DNA of 64,000 nt. Source: Glaucostegus cemiculus (Eukaryota). Below are positions 24,130-39,691 of this stretch, in pieces. The stretch is from assembly GCA_976551045.1 (NCBI GenBank), contig CDPCPM010000262.1:1426001-1490000 (forward strand). Reading direction: 5' to 3'. Numbering within the stretch: position 1 is the first letter of the stretch; each line of letters starts with the position of its first letter. A model generated the notes under the pieces. That model did no database searches and was not told the origin of the DNA. It saw only the letters and a program-made list of their open reading frames with translations. A program made the position numbers and the translations under genes.

Positions 24130-24893
24130 ATTGGAATTGGAATTGGTTCATTATTGTCACTTGTATTGAGATACAGTGAAAAACTTGTCTTGCATACAGT
24201 TCATACATATAAATTCATTACACAATGCATTGAGGTAGTACAAGGTAAAACAATACAGAATGCAAAATAAAATGTCCCAGCTACAGAGGAAGTGCAGTGC
24301 AGGTAGACAATAAGATGCAAGGTCAGAACAAGGTAGATTGTAATGTGAGATCAAGAGTCCATCTTATTGCACTAGAGAACAACTTAATAGTCTTATAACA
24401 GCAGGCTAGAACTGCCCTTGAGCCTGCTGGTGGTATGTGCTTTTAGGCTTTTATATCTTCTGTCCGATGGGAGAGGGGAGAAGAGAGAATGTCCGGGGTG
24501 GGAGGGGTCTTTGATCATGTTGGCTGCTTTACTGAGGTAGCGAGAAGGACAGACCAAGTCCATGGAGAGGAGGCTGGTTTCCGTGATGTGCTGAGCTGTG
24601 TCCACGACTCTCTGTAGTTTCTTGCGGTCCTGGGCAGAGTAGTTGCCATACCAAGCTGTGATGCTTCCAGATAGGATGCTTTCTATGGTGCCATTGATAA
24701 AAATTGGTGAGTGTCAAAGGGGACATGCCAAATTTCTTTAGCCTCCTGAGGAAGTAGAGGTGCTGGTGAACTTTCTTGGTCGTGGCATCTACATGTTTGG
24801 ACTAGGACCAGGTGATGTTCACTCCTATCAACCCTCTCAACCTTAGTACCATTGATGTAGACAGGAGCATGTGCACTGTCCCCTTCCTGAAGG
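24130..24893 (-). mobile_element. Rex1/Babar LINE 3' fragment
   Basis: HQHLYFLRRLKKFGMSPLTLTNFY...KAANMIKDPSHPGHSLFSPLPS; (ccaatt)n tail. Confidence 0.88.
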
Positions 24894-26229
24894 TGACACC
24901 TCTTACATTACAACACAACAACATTTCAGAAAGTACTTTAAAGTGCAGTGAAACAGCCTAATATTGTGAAAGACGCTACATAAACAAGAGTCTTCCTCTT
25001 TGTTGTTGTTAATGCTGTTTGCCGGATAAACTCCATTGGCTTGTTGTGTTGTCACATGTTGCTGTCCTTGATATCTTCTTATATTATTGACATTCAATAA
25101 TAACAATCACTCCTCTATTCTTATTCTGGTAATGAACAGTTTCTTAAATTTATTTAACATTTTAAACTAACTTCATCCTTCATCAAGGTTTGTTAATATG
25201 TAAATCAAGAAATTTGCCTAACAGCTTGAGAAAGAGATATCTCCATATCTTTAATTTAATCCCATACTTGACACCGTAGCTTCATTCAGTAGAGGGGTGA
25301 AGACCATAAGACAATAAGATATAAGAACAGAATCAGGCCATTCAGTCCATCGAGTCTGCTCCACTATTCAATCATGGCTGATTTTTTTCTACCCCATTGT
25401 CCTTCCTTCTTCCTGTAACCCTTAACCCCCACTTACCAACAAAGAACCTGTCAATCTCTGCCTTAACTACACCCAATGACTTGGCCTCCACAGCCCACTG
25501 GTAAATAATGTCCACAGATTCATCACCTTCTGGCTGAAGTTCCTCCTCATCTCAATTTTAAAGAGGCATCCCTTTATTCTGAGACTGTGCCCTCGGATCC
25601 TAGACTCTTCTACTGATGGAAACATCCTCTCCACCTCCCTCTATCCAGACCTTTCAGTACTTGGGTGAAGACTTCCAAATGACTTTTAATAAGAATACTT
25701 GCAAGGGTGAAGATGTTCCAAGGCAGCTGGAGAATCTAAATTCAGTTAGTTAAGTAATTCTGACATAAAAAAGCTACTTTCGGTAATGCTGACATTAAAA
25801 GTACTGAAGGTACATTTGGTTCACTAATGTGCTTTAGGGAAGGAAATTTAATGTCTGCATTTCACTCCAGACATGCAGCAGTGTGTTGGAATCTTAACTG
25901 TTCTTTGAAATGGTGTAGCAAGTGCTCAGTTGTATTAGAGCCACCATGTCAAAACACAATAGACTTAAAAGATGCAGAGTTAATGTTGCAGGTTGATTTC
26001 TCTTCGGGTCTGATGAAAGGTCTTTGACCTGGGACACTTACTCGGGTTCTCAACCCACAGATGCTGCCTGACTGCTGAGTGTTTCCAGTAATTTACATTT
26101 TTGTTTCGGGTTCCACCATCTGCAGTCTTCTAATTTCATATTCAGAATTAAACTGAACACCCAGCATCACACTGGACACCGTGTTAAGACACGTCTAAAA
26201 CACACCTTGAGTAGTTGGCTGTACAAAGT

Positions 26230-27210
26230 CCTTCTCATGAAGATCTGGGTACTAGTGCCTGAAGAGGCAGAGTGAGCCTACGAATGTGTCAGCCTGACAT
26301 AACGTCCTGCAGGATAAACCTTACAGGCAACGTTCTGGACTTCTCCCACTGGTATAACAGAAGTGCAAAAGGTGATGGCAGATGGGTGAGAATGATCCTG
26401 GGTGTCCTCAGATTGACTGCAGACTCCAGGGAGTCTCCTGCTATGGAGATAGAAACATCTTCCTGATTACCATTACTGTCCTTCCTCAGCTGATGCATTA
26501 GCACTGATTGGAAAGAGCTTTGAGAGAAGTAAATGGGACAAATGTGCTGTGGCAGGGAATTTCAATGTTTTTTCAACAAGAGAAGCTCAGAAATATCACC
26601 AGTAATCAAACTGGACAAGTTCTAAAGGATAACTGGGACTTTTTTCTTTATTCACAAGGTGAAAGTGTCTCTGTCAATGCTGGTATTTGTTGTCTATCCT
26701 TAATTATCCCAGAACTAAAGAGATAGTTAAAAGAGTCAACCACGTTGTGGGTCTGGAGTCACATGGAGGATAGGTGGGGCCAGAAGGGCAGATTTCCTTC
26801 CCTGAAGGACATTAGTGAGTGAACCAATTGGATTTTAGGACAACCCAGTAGTTTCCTTGCTACTGTGAGTAGCTTTAATTCCAGATTTATTTAAATTACT
26901 TGAGTTTAAAGGGCCCAGTTACCATGTTGGGATTCAAATTCATGTCCCTAGATCAATGTCCACAGCACAGGCTGGTATGCCAGTAACCTATCTGCTTATA
27001 GCAGATGGAAAGCAAACCAACATAAGGGATCAACCTACTTGACCTTGGCTGTACCAACTACCTATGGCAGGAGTAAGCTTTCAATAGTCATTGTTAGGAT
27101 GAAGTCATGGCTTCATATTGAAGACAACCTCCATTATATTGGGGAACTATCACTGTGCTAAAGGGGATAGACTCAGAATAGATCTTGCAGTTCACAACTG
27201 AACATAGATT
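26230..27210 (+). mobile_element. Very old LINE endonuclease-region remnant (CR1/L2-like)
   Basis: ERALREVNGTNVLWQG/NFNV resembles the APE GDFN motif context; heavily decayed and interrupted. Confidence 0.45.
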
Positions 27211-28149
27211 AATGCTGCAAAGTCTGTCTGGATGTATTCTTATTCTGTTTTCCATCTTAAACAAGATTCCCCAAAACTGTGAGCTGTATTATCCATGGAT
27301 GAATAGCATTATCCATTCCTAACTGCCCCAGCATTGATGAGAGAGTTACATTAACAGCATATGTAGCTCTGGAGTCATGTGTAGGCCAGATTAGATAGGG
27401 ATGGCAGTTTCCTTCCCTGAAGCATTAGTGAACTAGGTGGGCTGGTCAGATGGGACTCAGACTGACCACCACCTCCTGATCCCAAGACATACACCATCCT
27501 GATTTGGAAACATATTACCATTTCTTCATCACTTCATTATTATGCAGTCTAACTCCTAGTACTCCTTCCTCAACAGCACTGTGAGAACACCCTTCACTGG
27601 AAAAACAGGGTCCTGACCTGAAACATTGACCGCCTGCTTTTCTCCACGGATGCTGCCTGGCCTGCTGATTTCCTCCAGCATCTTGTCTTTTCACCTTCAC
27701 TAGAAGGTTTGCAGCAGTCAAAGAGTAATACAGAATGGAAATAGGCCCTTCGGCCCAAGTCGTCTATGCTGACCATGGTGTTAGTTCCATTTGTCTGTGT
27801 TTGGCCTATGTCCCTCCAAACCCCTCCTATCCAATAAACTTATCCAACAATACGTGTTCACTAAAGTGGCTCACCCCCACGTTCTCAAGGGCAATTACAA
27901 AAGGGTAACAAATGCAGTCTATACCAGTGACAACCACATCCTGTAAATGAATCATATAACTGTAAATAAATGAAATGGGGAATAACTAATAATTCTTCTG
28001 AGATTCGACATCTTTTAAGAAAGTAGTATTATTTTTAGCAAGAGAAATGTATAAAATGCAAAGCAAGGAGGAAGTAGGTTTCAGGAGGTTATCAGTGTTG
28101 ATGTTGACATTACATCTCCATCCCACCCATTGATATCCCCAAGTTCAAC

Positions 28150-29170
<1,021 letters not shown>

Positions 29171-31606
29171 CCCTTTGCACACCTGGGTGGCTGGGGTGAG
29201 GATCCGGTTTGTGCACACCCACGCTCTTCCTTGGGGTGGGTTGGTGCACCCAGACCCCCAGACCCAACCACCACACCTGGACTAATATCCCTGCACACAC
29301 CTCTGGATGGGAAAACAGCCAGGTAGCTGAACCCCACAGATGCCCAGACATCAAATGCAAGGGAGTGGGGTGTCCGCTCAGCTGAGCTCCATACAGACTT
29401 AGGCACAGAAGTACAAACATGGATAATGAAAGCCAACTCAGCAATACCAGTCCAGTCACCCCTGCCCCCCAAGCACAGGTGCACATCCACTCAGACATCA
29501 GAGACCTACACATACCCATGGAACTGAATCTGCTTACACAGACATGGAAGGCATGGGAGCTAGCCTACTGCTGCTTCCACATGAAATGCATTCACCTGAG
29601 GGCTTTAACTTGTGTGTTTATTATTTATTTTACTCAAATGATTATACAAAATAATGTTTGGTGGTCATACTTCTATGTGTACTGAAAGCACAGTGGGTTT
29701 GTACAAGGATTGCTGTATATGACACTACACGAGACTGATAGTAGGTTTAGAATTCAAGCAGACATGAATCAAACATATTGGCTCATTGTTTTGCATCATA
29801 TGAATGTGTGAGTTAATTGATTTTGTATCTTAAAGAATGCAGGAAGATAAACTAATAATCCAGCATTATCTGGATTATTTTAACTTTAAATTTCAGAGGG
29901 GGGGGGGGAAGAATGGACAGGACAAAGTGTGAGGCCAGGGTTATTGTGTTTATAAGATATTGATGAGGCCATCTGGTTGATGGATAATGAAGGCAGTTAG
30001 AGAGGAAATAAAGGAACATTTAGGATATGGTATGTGGGTGAATGAAGGTATGATTCCTGACAGAGGGAGTGGGAGGAAAGTGATTTTTATGGCTGGAAAT
30101 TACCAGGGAGGCCTGATGCTTTGGAAGGATTTGAAAATAAAGATGAGAACTTTACTCCTGAAGGAATGAGCATCAGGAGTTGATGAGGTAAGTGAGCAGA
30201 GGGAATGACGGCAAGCAGGACTTGGTGAGTAATTTTTTAGAAAGGGCAGCAGAGTTTTGGATGAGCTAATTTATGGAGGTTGAAAGTCTGGCTGGGAGAA
30301 AAGACCACTAGTCCAGTAGAGGTGACAAAAGCATGGCATTCTTTGCGATTGTAAACTCATCTTGGGGTTAGATAAATACAAGTTTTCAACAGTGTTAGTT
30401 TGACCCAGTCATGGCTAATTAGAGGCAGAGCCATCCATTTAGTTTGGAGGTTGAAAGTGTAGGTGGTGACACATGCCCACATTCAGAGTAGAATTTATGG
30501 CTCTGCTGATAATTTCTCTGCTGTTAGTATTTGAAATTGGAAACTGGTTGTAATTCCAAGTGTTGGAAGGTGGTGATGCCCATAGGGGCAGAATGATCAT
30601 GACACTGCATTATCTCGTTATGTCCTTGGAAAAACACTACACATGGTATGGGAGTAAGCTGTATTACTTGCCACAGTGCAATTGGGAAGTGAAGGAAATA
30701 TAACTTTGGGATAGGCAGTATTAACGGTAATCCACCTGTTAAGAAAATGTAGTTCTCATATCTAAAGATCAAATGATTTATATACTTTGATTCCACAAAT
30801 TGAATTACTTCTCCTAATCTTCTACCATAAAATGAACAGAGCTAAGGGCTGTGACCTACTGGCATTAACTGCAGGTTACAGGTTATAAAATAAATGCAGA
30901 GTTCACTCCAGTTTGCACCCAACAGTGTGTAATATTATGGCAATGTTTCAAGTCTGGCTAATGTCTAATTGATGATAATTTTGAATTGTTAGAGTAGCGT
31001 ATGACACATTAAACCATAGGCCATTATGAAAACAATAAAACAGGAACAGGAGGAGGCCATTCAGCCCCTCAAATCTGCTGTGCTATTCAACAAGATCATT
31101 TCTGATCTTCTACCTCAACATAATTACCTGCCTATCCCCATATTTTACTATAATTTGTAGGAATGCCAATAAATGACCTGATACCTGGGGTCATATGGGC
31201 ACATAATTCTAATCTCTGTTCATGTGGGTGTTGCATTCTAAACAAAACAATGTGATTTTAAAAATTGTCATTTTCATTTGTGGGTATAATATTAGCATAT
31301 TTTAATTCTGCTGGAATTGCTTATGCTTTGAATGTAGGTGGAACATGATTAATAACAATCAGGATATTTTAATCACTCAAAAGGCACAAACTAAGGGAAA
31401 CATTTAAGGATTTCCCGCCTATAGGGATTATCAGTCGAACATTTTAATTTATTTTGGAAGTATAGTTCCAGGAATTGCCATACATAGTTTGATCTTTTAT
31501 GCTCAAGTCAGTTGATAACGAGAACCACACCTGTGTATTTTAGTCTTGCTCAATCCCTTAATATTTTTGTGAGTTCAGTCTTTGAGATTTTTAAATACAG
31601 ATATGG

Positions 31607-31952
31607 GGCGTCGGAAGCTGAGGGGAGACCTGATAGAGGTTTTTAAATTATTAGAGGTAGAAATGTCAAGTACCAGAGGACATTCTTTTAAGGTTAGAGG
31701 GGAGAAATTTAAAGTGAGGTGAGGGGCAAGTTCTTTATGCAGGGAGTGGTAGGTGCCTGGAATGGGTTATCGGGGTAGTAGTGGAAGTAGGCAGTTTGGT
31801 GGAGTTTGAGGGTTTTAGATAGACACATGAATATGAAGGGAATGGAGGGATATGAATGATATGCAGGAGGAGGACATTTAGTATAAATTGGCATCAAGAT
31901 TGGCACAACATTGTGAGCTGAGTGGCCTGTCCAGAGCTCTGCTGTTCTATGA
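31607..31952 (+). mobile_element. CR1 LINE 3' fragment (GOLM2 intron 1)
   Basis: RRKLRGDLIEVFK...TRGHSFK...FFMQGVVGAWN. Confidence 0.8.
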
Positions 31953-34900
31953 ACACTTAAGCGGTGAGCAAAACATTTTATATTGCAGGCGAAGATGGTG
32001 AACCAGAACATTAACACAAACTTTCCGTATGTACTAATCTAGGGAATGTGGGCTTGATTTCTGACAGTGTAATGGAGGGTCATCAACAGAAGTCAATACT
32101 TTAGGAGAACAAACAGAGTAGTGCCTGAGCTCTTGTTGCCTTTTCATCCACCATAGAGGTTAAAGGACCGACTATTCCCTTGTCATTTGGTTGTAAATGA
32201 ACTGCTAGAAATGTTTCCTCCATGTGAAATTACTTCTTGCCAGAGTTATTTATTTTAGTGGTCAATAATCTAAAAAGAATTATCCATTTGGATTTTTAAT
32301 GTTTGATTCTAAGCACACAATAGAAATATAGCACAATTTATATTCTATATTATGACATATAGGTTATAATTTCCAGGGTTAATCATTCATTGACAATCTT
32401 GTTCCAGGGTCTGAGCCAATTACTTATCTGCCTTCGACTATTGCTAGATCCTATGGGCATACTTGTTCATTCGGACTAATTGGGGTGGGGATTAAGTAAT
32501 AGGGCTGTAGAACCTGTTGAAGAGAATGGGCTGTATATCTGTTGCCACAGCCAATATTGTTACATGGGGATTTAAGTGAAGATTGAATAGTTGCATTAAA
32601 GTCCTGGCATGCTATTACATGGAGGCCAAGTGCTGATCTATGGGGGTGGGGTGGGGGGGAGGGTGGTGTGGGTTGGAGAAATGAACAGGGAACTATACCT
32701 TAGATTTGGTCTTGTACCAACTGTAACGAGAGCAACACTGGGTGAGGCCTCCTGACTTCAATTTTTTAGGATTCTAAGAGGGTATTGATATTTTCTCGGA
32801 ATTTAAAACAAGTATTGTTCTGTATCTTGCTCTTCCAGAATGTGTAATGGAGTTTTGAAAGGAATGAATGTTGGTAGCATGAGCTGCATCATAAATCTCT
32901 CTCACTTGAACATTCACAGCAAAGGAGCAAGCCAAAACTAATCCCTCTGCCCTTCTCTCAGCCCTGTATCCTAGTGTAATCCAAAAGTTTATAATTAATT
33001 TTCCTAGATGATGTAATGCATCTGGTTCAGTTACCCATTAATTTTTTTAAACAACTCTTTCCTGTTGTTACTGATCTTAAATTGGTGACCTCTTGCTTTG
33101 AGAAAATTAACAAATGTGTTATTATTTTAACAAGCTCCATTAAATTGGCTTGTACTCTGCTCCAGTGAAAGCCATCTCACCATTTGAAATTTCTCTTCAT
33201 AACTTTTCTTTTGGTGGCATCATTGTAGTCAGTGCCCATTGTACACACTTTCTCGCTTAATGACTTCTAATAAAGGTGACCAACTATGATATAAAATATT
33301 TTTTAAAAAGTTGTTCTGGTAGATATTTGGTTCCATTTGTAAAACCAGTGCAGTTTTGGCCTATTTAATGCCTTTATCCAACTGCACTTTTGAGGAACTT
33401 GTATATTTGCATTTGCTTATTTCTTTTCTCCTCCATGTTCTTCAGTGTTTATGATCCTCTGTATTGTTTCACTCTGCAGTGTAACTGGTTTTCTCATCCT
33501 TTGCTGTCCAAGCCTTTGTAAGCAACTAGAGGGCAAATCACACTGGACCATGATGTATACCTTCTACTTGTTGGTTACTAAACAACATTGTCAAAGAAAA
33601 ACTTGTATTTATGAAGTAGCTTTTAACATAGCAAACTGTTACAAGGCAATTTGAAGACAAAATATGACTGATCTACAAGGAACTATTAGGGCAGGTACCC
33701 AAAGATTGTCAGAGCTAGCTTTTAAGGAACATTTTAAAAGGGGAAAGAGAGGTAGAAGTTTGAGGGAATTCCAAAAGGATTCTCGACAGTTGAAGGCATG
33801 GTTGTCAGTGATGTGCAATTTAATTTGGAGGATGATTGAGGCTAGAGTAGGAAGAAAGTAGAGATCTTGGGGCTTATTGTTGGAGAAGATTACTTGGACC
33901 ACATGAGATCATGGAGGTATTTGCTAATATAGGTGAGAATTTGATATCTAGGCACTACTTAACTGGACACTAGTGTGGGTCAACAAGCAGATAAGGTGAT
34001 AGAGTGAGATGTGCAAGCTGGGAAACAAGAAGCTGCCTTGTCCAATGGGATCAAGATAACAATTGAATGGATGTGATCACAACCAATTGGGGATGTTGTC
34101 TTAATATCAAACTATCCTAACAATGGTAGGTTTTGCTATATGTGATAAGTGAATTCTTGATATACCAGGGAATAATTACTTGGCAAACTCTCTTAGTCCT
34201 AAAATAACCAATTTAGTGTGTATTGTAATTGACTCTCTCAATTCAATGTAAGGGATCTTTATTTTTTCTCTTTCTGATGGTTCAGCTTCTCTCTTAATTG
34301 TATATGTTCCAATCTTTGGTGTGTTGTAAAATGGTTAAAACTTGAATTTAAAATAATGTATTTTCCTCCTTCCTGTGTCTCTGAGAGTTCTTCAGTGGCT
34401 TCTCAGCAAACTTGCATGGATCCCCTGATGTTAACTGGAAGTCTGGTAAAGCAGAGGTTCTTGCCACAGTTTACAAGACCTTCATAATGAACTACTTTAA
34501 AGGCTATCAATGGCTGTTGTTGCTTAACGCTGACCATAAATTCCAAACCATTGTTTCTTTAATGTTTCTGGTTTACAAGGGGAGCTTTCCTACTTCTGTA
34601 GTTTTGGAAATTCCTTGCCTAAATCTATTTATTTTAAATCTGATTATTTCACATCTTGATAATGTCTGGAAGAAATGCTGCCTGTGCAAAAAAAGGAAAA
34701 CAGTTTTTATTGTAATATAAAAGTTATGGTTGTTGAAGTTTTGACAGCTTTTGAACCAGTGGTTCCTACATGTTTTGAAGCTGGTGTTAAGGTTGTATAA
34801 TCTTCACACAGGTTATCACCGAGTCTGTCACAGGACATGCTTGGAATCAGCAGCTGTCAGAAATGGGGAGGAAAAATTGATGTTATGTTTTGAGGATAAG

Positions 34901-35129
34901 ACTTTGCTTCCCCTGTGAAATTAGATTTCTTTAGTGATGACAAAGATGGTTTTTGTTGTTGTACAGTTCCTAAAAGGTTTTCTGGAATGGGTTTGTATTC
35001 TTGGTTGGCAGCAATTTATTCTACATCCAGGTTAGGAATGTTATTGTAGGGAGGTACAGTCACTTCTGTTTCAGAAATCCATTCTCTGCAATTAGCATTT
35101 AAGTTATCCTGCTTCCAACCACTTGTTAC

Positions 35130-35550
35130 CTACACATTCTCCCCACTGCATTACACACCCTCTCCCATCTGCTTTCATCTGCCCACCTCTCCCCTAATGG
35201 TTTCCTTTACCACTTTCCTTACTTATCAGATTTCAGCACTGGTAACCTTTGTGCTCCCGCATCTCCCTCCAGCAGCTGTCTCCAACTTTACACTCTACTC
35301 CCCCCACTTGGCTCCAGTATTCCTTTTTCTGTCTGTTTCCACGCAGCTCCACCCCTCCCCACTCCATCTCCCTGTCCCCCTCCTCAGTCCAATAATGGTC
35401 CCTGTGTCACCAATCCCCCTCTCCTCTTTATACTGGCTGTCTTCCCTCTCCACAAACAGTCCTGATGCAGGGTTTTGTCCGAAATGTCGATTATTCCTTT
35501 CTCCCCACAGATGCTGCTCGATCTGCTGAGTTCCTCCAGCAGATTGTTTT
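35130..35550 (+). mobile_element. Penelope pLTR fragment with hammerhead-like motif (35457-35492)
   Basis: Pyrimidine tract, cagtcCTGATGCaGGGttttgTCCGAAAtgTCgatt, and gatgctgctcgatctgctgagttcctccagc tail. Confidence 0.7.
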
Positions 35551-38500
35551 TCCGAGTTATTGTTGGTTACAGAGGAAAGCTTCTGTTCTGTTTTATTTGT
35601 GGAATTATTACAGCAAGAAAGAGGCTATTCTGTTCATTGAGTTCATGTTGGAAAGCATTGCAGCTTTTAAACACCCAAATTTTAAATTACCCAAACAAAG
35701 ATGGTGGGATTCAAACTAGTGTTTCCAAATAAATAGTCCTGGACTCTGATATCAATACAGTAGTTTAACACAAGGAGCAGAAGGAGGAATGGGCCAGTGG
35801 GCCCACCCCAAGCCTGCTCCATTGTGGTTCACCCAATCCAGGCCTCAACATGTTCTCTAACTCTTACCGTAACCCTTCATATCTTCTGTAGTTGAAATAC
35901 CCATCAGTCTCCTCCTCAAATACATTCACTGACTTTCCCTCCCCACAGCCCTTGCAATAAAATCCAGCATTCCATTAGCTTCTCTAATTATTTGCCATAC
36001 CTGCATGCCAACCCTTTGTATTTAATGCATTGGAACTCTTCTAACCACAACGGTTTGTAGTTATGCTCTGTTTAAGTAATTTGCTGCTTCATTCTTCTTT
36101 CTGAAGTTGATAACATTACATTTTCCCAAATACTGTATCTGCTAACTTCTTGTCCACTCACTCAACGTATCTTCGCAGGCCACTTGTGTTCTTCTCACAA
36201 TTTGTTAACCTACTTCTTTGTATCATGAAAATGTGCTACAGTGCACTCAGTCCTTTCATCCAAGCCATTGATCTAGATTATAAGTAGTTGAGGCCCCACC
36301 ACTAATACCTGTGTCACTCCAGTAGTTAGCGTTTGTCAATTCAGAAATGCACATTTATCCCTATTCTCTCTTCTATTAGTTAGCCAAGTTCCTATCCATG
36401 CCAATCTTTGCCCTCTTGAATAGCGATCTCTTATTTAGCCCCTTATTAAGTGCCTCTTGGAAATCTAACTGTTCTATTCTACTAAGTGTGTTATCTACCC
36501 TGTATGTTACATTTTAAAAGACACAAATTTGTCAAACTAAACTTTTCTTTCATAAAATTATTTCGATTGCTTGAGGGTTTGATTTTTTTCTCAATGGATT
36601 AAAAGCAAAAAGTATCATTTTTCCACATTATTCTCCATTTACTACCTACTTATCCACTGATAATTTGAACCTCTATGCTCTATGTTCAGATATAATGGTT
36701 AAGGCATATTACTGTATCATGTAATATGTGCCTCCCCTAGATCAGAGCATTAGCCCTTAAAGCAATATGGTTTTGTTGTTAAATAGGTTTTTTGGATGAG
36801 GTGGCCAATTTAGTGTCAAATGTTGGGTAGTATAATGGCATGGGTATATGCCCCCTAGCTATTGGATGAGTCCCTTTCTGTCTAGAAACAAACAGCAGTG
36901 TTTCTTTTATTCTGTCAATTTAACTTGCACCAAAACACCCAACTTTGGTGTTAGTGTACTCTGGGGAACTATCATAGAACCATAGAACAATACAGCACAA
37001 AACAGGCCCTTCGGCCCACCAAGTTGTGCCATCCTTCAAATGTCTCATATCATATAAGGAGAGATTGAATAGGCTAGGCCTTTATCTTCTAGACTTCAGA
37101 AGAACTCTAGATTTAGTTTAATTTGGTTTGGGATCATGTTTGGCACGGACATTGTGAGCTGAAGGACCTATTCCTGTGCTATACTTTTCTATGAATGGGA
37201 GGTGACCAGAGTAGATATGACTAGGATTTCTTGCTGAGGAATCAAGAACTGGGTCATAGTATCAAAATAAAGAGTAGGCTATTTAGAATGAAATGAGAAT
37301 TTTTATTCACAGACATAACATTTGGAATTCTATTCCTGAGGGCTGTGGCAGCTCGGTTATTGATTGCACTCAAATCCAAATGATAGACTTCTGACGGTTA
37401 AAGGAAACGAGGGTTAAGAATGTAGAGTATGAAAATGGCGTTTGAGATGGAAGATCAGCCATAATCTTGTTGAGTGACAGGCTTGAGGGGCCAAATGGCC
37501 TACTCCTATTTCCCATGTATGTCCTGTGTATGTTGACATGGGTCTTTCACCTCTTGCATTTATTTTGTGTTTGGGATAGACAAATGGGATGAATGTTTGA
37601 TTCTATGTGAACTTTAGGATTAGTGTTTCTTGTGGCCATACACCCAGAGCACAAAACCACTACTGTGGCAGGAATTAATAATATAACTCGAATGAGCTTT
37701 GGAGTGGTTGACATAAGGTGTGAAAATGTGATAATAAATAAATAGCTCACCATTGGAACAGAAAGTGCAGTTTTTGTACACATGTTGGTGTGTGACCTGA
37801 CCAGGGAGGGATTTGTAATTTACTGGATGTGAAAATAAAAGTGGGAGGTATCGGAGTCCCTGGCAGTGATATGCCTGATGTGTACAAAGGAATAAACAGT
37901 TCATTTGGTTGGAAGTTCATCCTTGGGAGTAATATTACCAGCCATAACACCAGAATTGCCATTGCATAAATTTGGGACTATTACAATGCAAGTGTGACAT
38001 ATTTAAACAATATATTAAAATGAAAGTAGTAACTTCAGATAGTTCTGTGCATGAAATATAGCCCTGCATTTAGTCAGCAATGTTCATGTTCCATAGTGAG
38101 AATTTTTTGAACACCTTGTAAATTTATTGCATGTTTAATTCTACTTAAGTATTGTTTAATCTCTCTTCATTATATTGAGGAAATATCCCCAGCTGTGGTA
38201 AATCATTCAGTTGATGATGTAGGAATTAGAATGTTTGTAGTCACTAATTTTCCTTGAGTTATGTTTTATAAAGAGAAATTAGGTCTGACTTCTAATTGAC
38301 CTGAACATCTGTTAAGTTATGTACTTGTAATTGGTTACAGCAGAGAACTTTTATACCATGTAATCTTAACTGATTGCGCTCCAGCAACAGAATAATACAT
38401 ACTGTTTCACACTAACACCATTCTAAAATGCTCTTCTGAAATTCAGTGAACTAGAGGATAAAGTTAGTTTTTATGAACAATTCTGTGGTTACTAAATGTG

Positions 38501-39035
38501 ATGCAACAATAGTGAAATTCTAATTGTGTAAATTGTCTAATTGTGTAATTGTCTAATTCTAATTGTAAAGCAACCGAACTGCATTTGTGAAGCACCAAAT
38601 CCAAAGGACTTTGATAGTTTAATAGTTGGTTGGAATTTAATTTTTGTGAACAGATCAGTGCAGTCATTCTTGTAATATAAATTGATATCAATAATCAAGA
38701 ACTGAGTTAATGCAATGGGATTTTGGAGATATCAGTATCTTGGATGGTGCTGAAGGGACAAGGTGCTAACATTGTAACCTTTCAAAAAAAAAGTAACCAA
38801 AGAATGTGTGTAGCAAGAACTCTTTGAAAGTGAAGAACGTTTGATGGTGAAATGAGTACTGGAATGGATGGACAAAGATTTTGATATGGTTTCTATATGT
38901 CTGTGCTGACTATAGTATGGGTTTGGTTTGACATTGTTCCTGGTAACCTATTGGTATTACATTCTTCTGTAATGTGAAACTTTGCCTGAGAATCCATAGC
39001 TATGGTGCATAAAATGTAGTTGAGCATAGATTTAT

Positions 39036-39268
39036 CAGTTAGTTTAACGCTATTACAGCACCAGTGACCCGGGTTCAATTCCCGCCGCTGTCTGTAAGGA
39101 GCCGGTTTCCTCCCACATTCCAAAGATGTACACATTAGGAGCTGTGGGCATGCTATGTTGGCGCTGGAAGAGTGGTGACACTTGCAGGCTGCCCCCGGCA
39201 CATTTTTAGTATCGCAAGAGAATGCATTTCACTGTGTTTTGATGTACATGTGACTAATAAATATCTTA
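39036..39268 (+). mobile_element. tRNA-derived V-SINE-like copy with internal deletion
   Basis: Same family as 10425-10717. Confidence 0.8.
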
Positions 39269-39691
39269 TTTTGGATGCTGAATTCAATTTTTGTTTTTTC
39301 TGTAAAATAAATGTGGGTTAGTGACAAAGCCGGAGTGTGTTTTTAATTCATTGAAATTTTGCATATTATTGTAGTGAGTGAAGAAAATGGAAGATAAATA
39401 GATATATCACAATAATATATGCTTTTCACATTCAAAGCGCTTACTTGCTGGTTGGAGGGCTTCTTAAAATATGAAAAGATCTTTTAAATTATAAAGAAGA
39501 ATTTTAAACATTCTAATGAAAACTGTTGAATCCATGTGGCTGGTTTTGCAGCAGTAATCAAAATAATTCGGAACACTTCAAGATTAAGCTCGATTACCTT
39601 ATGGCCAGGTCTGAAGAATAATTTTAGCTTGTAGTTTGAAATCCATTGATGCAGATACAGTACCAGGCTACTGAGAGCAAAGTAATGAGAT

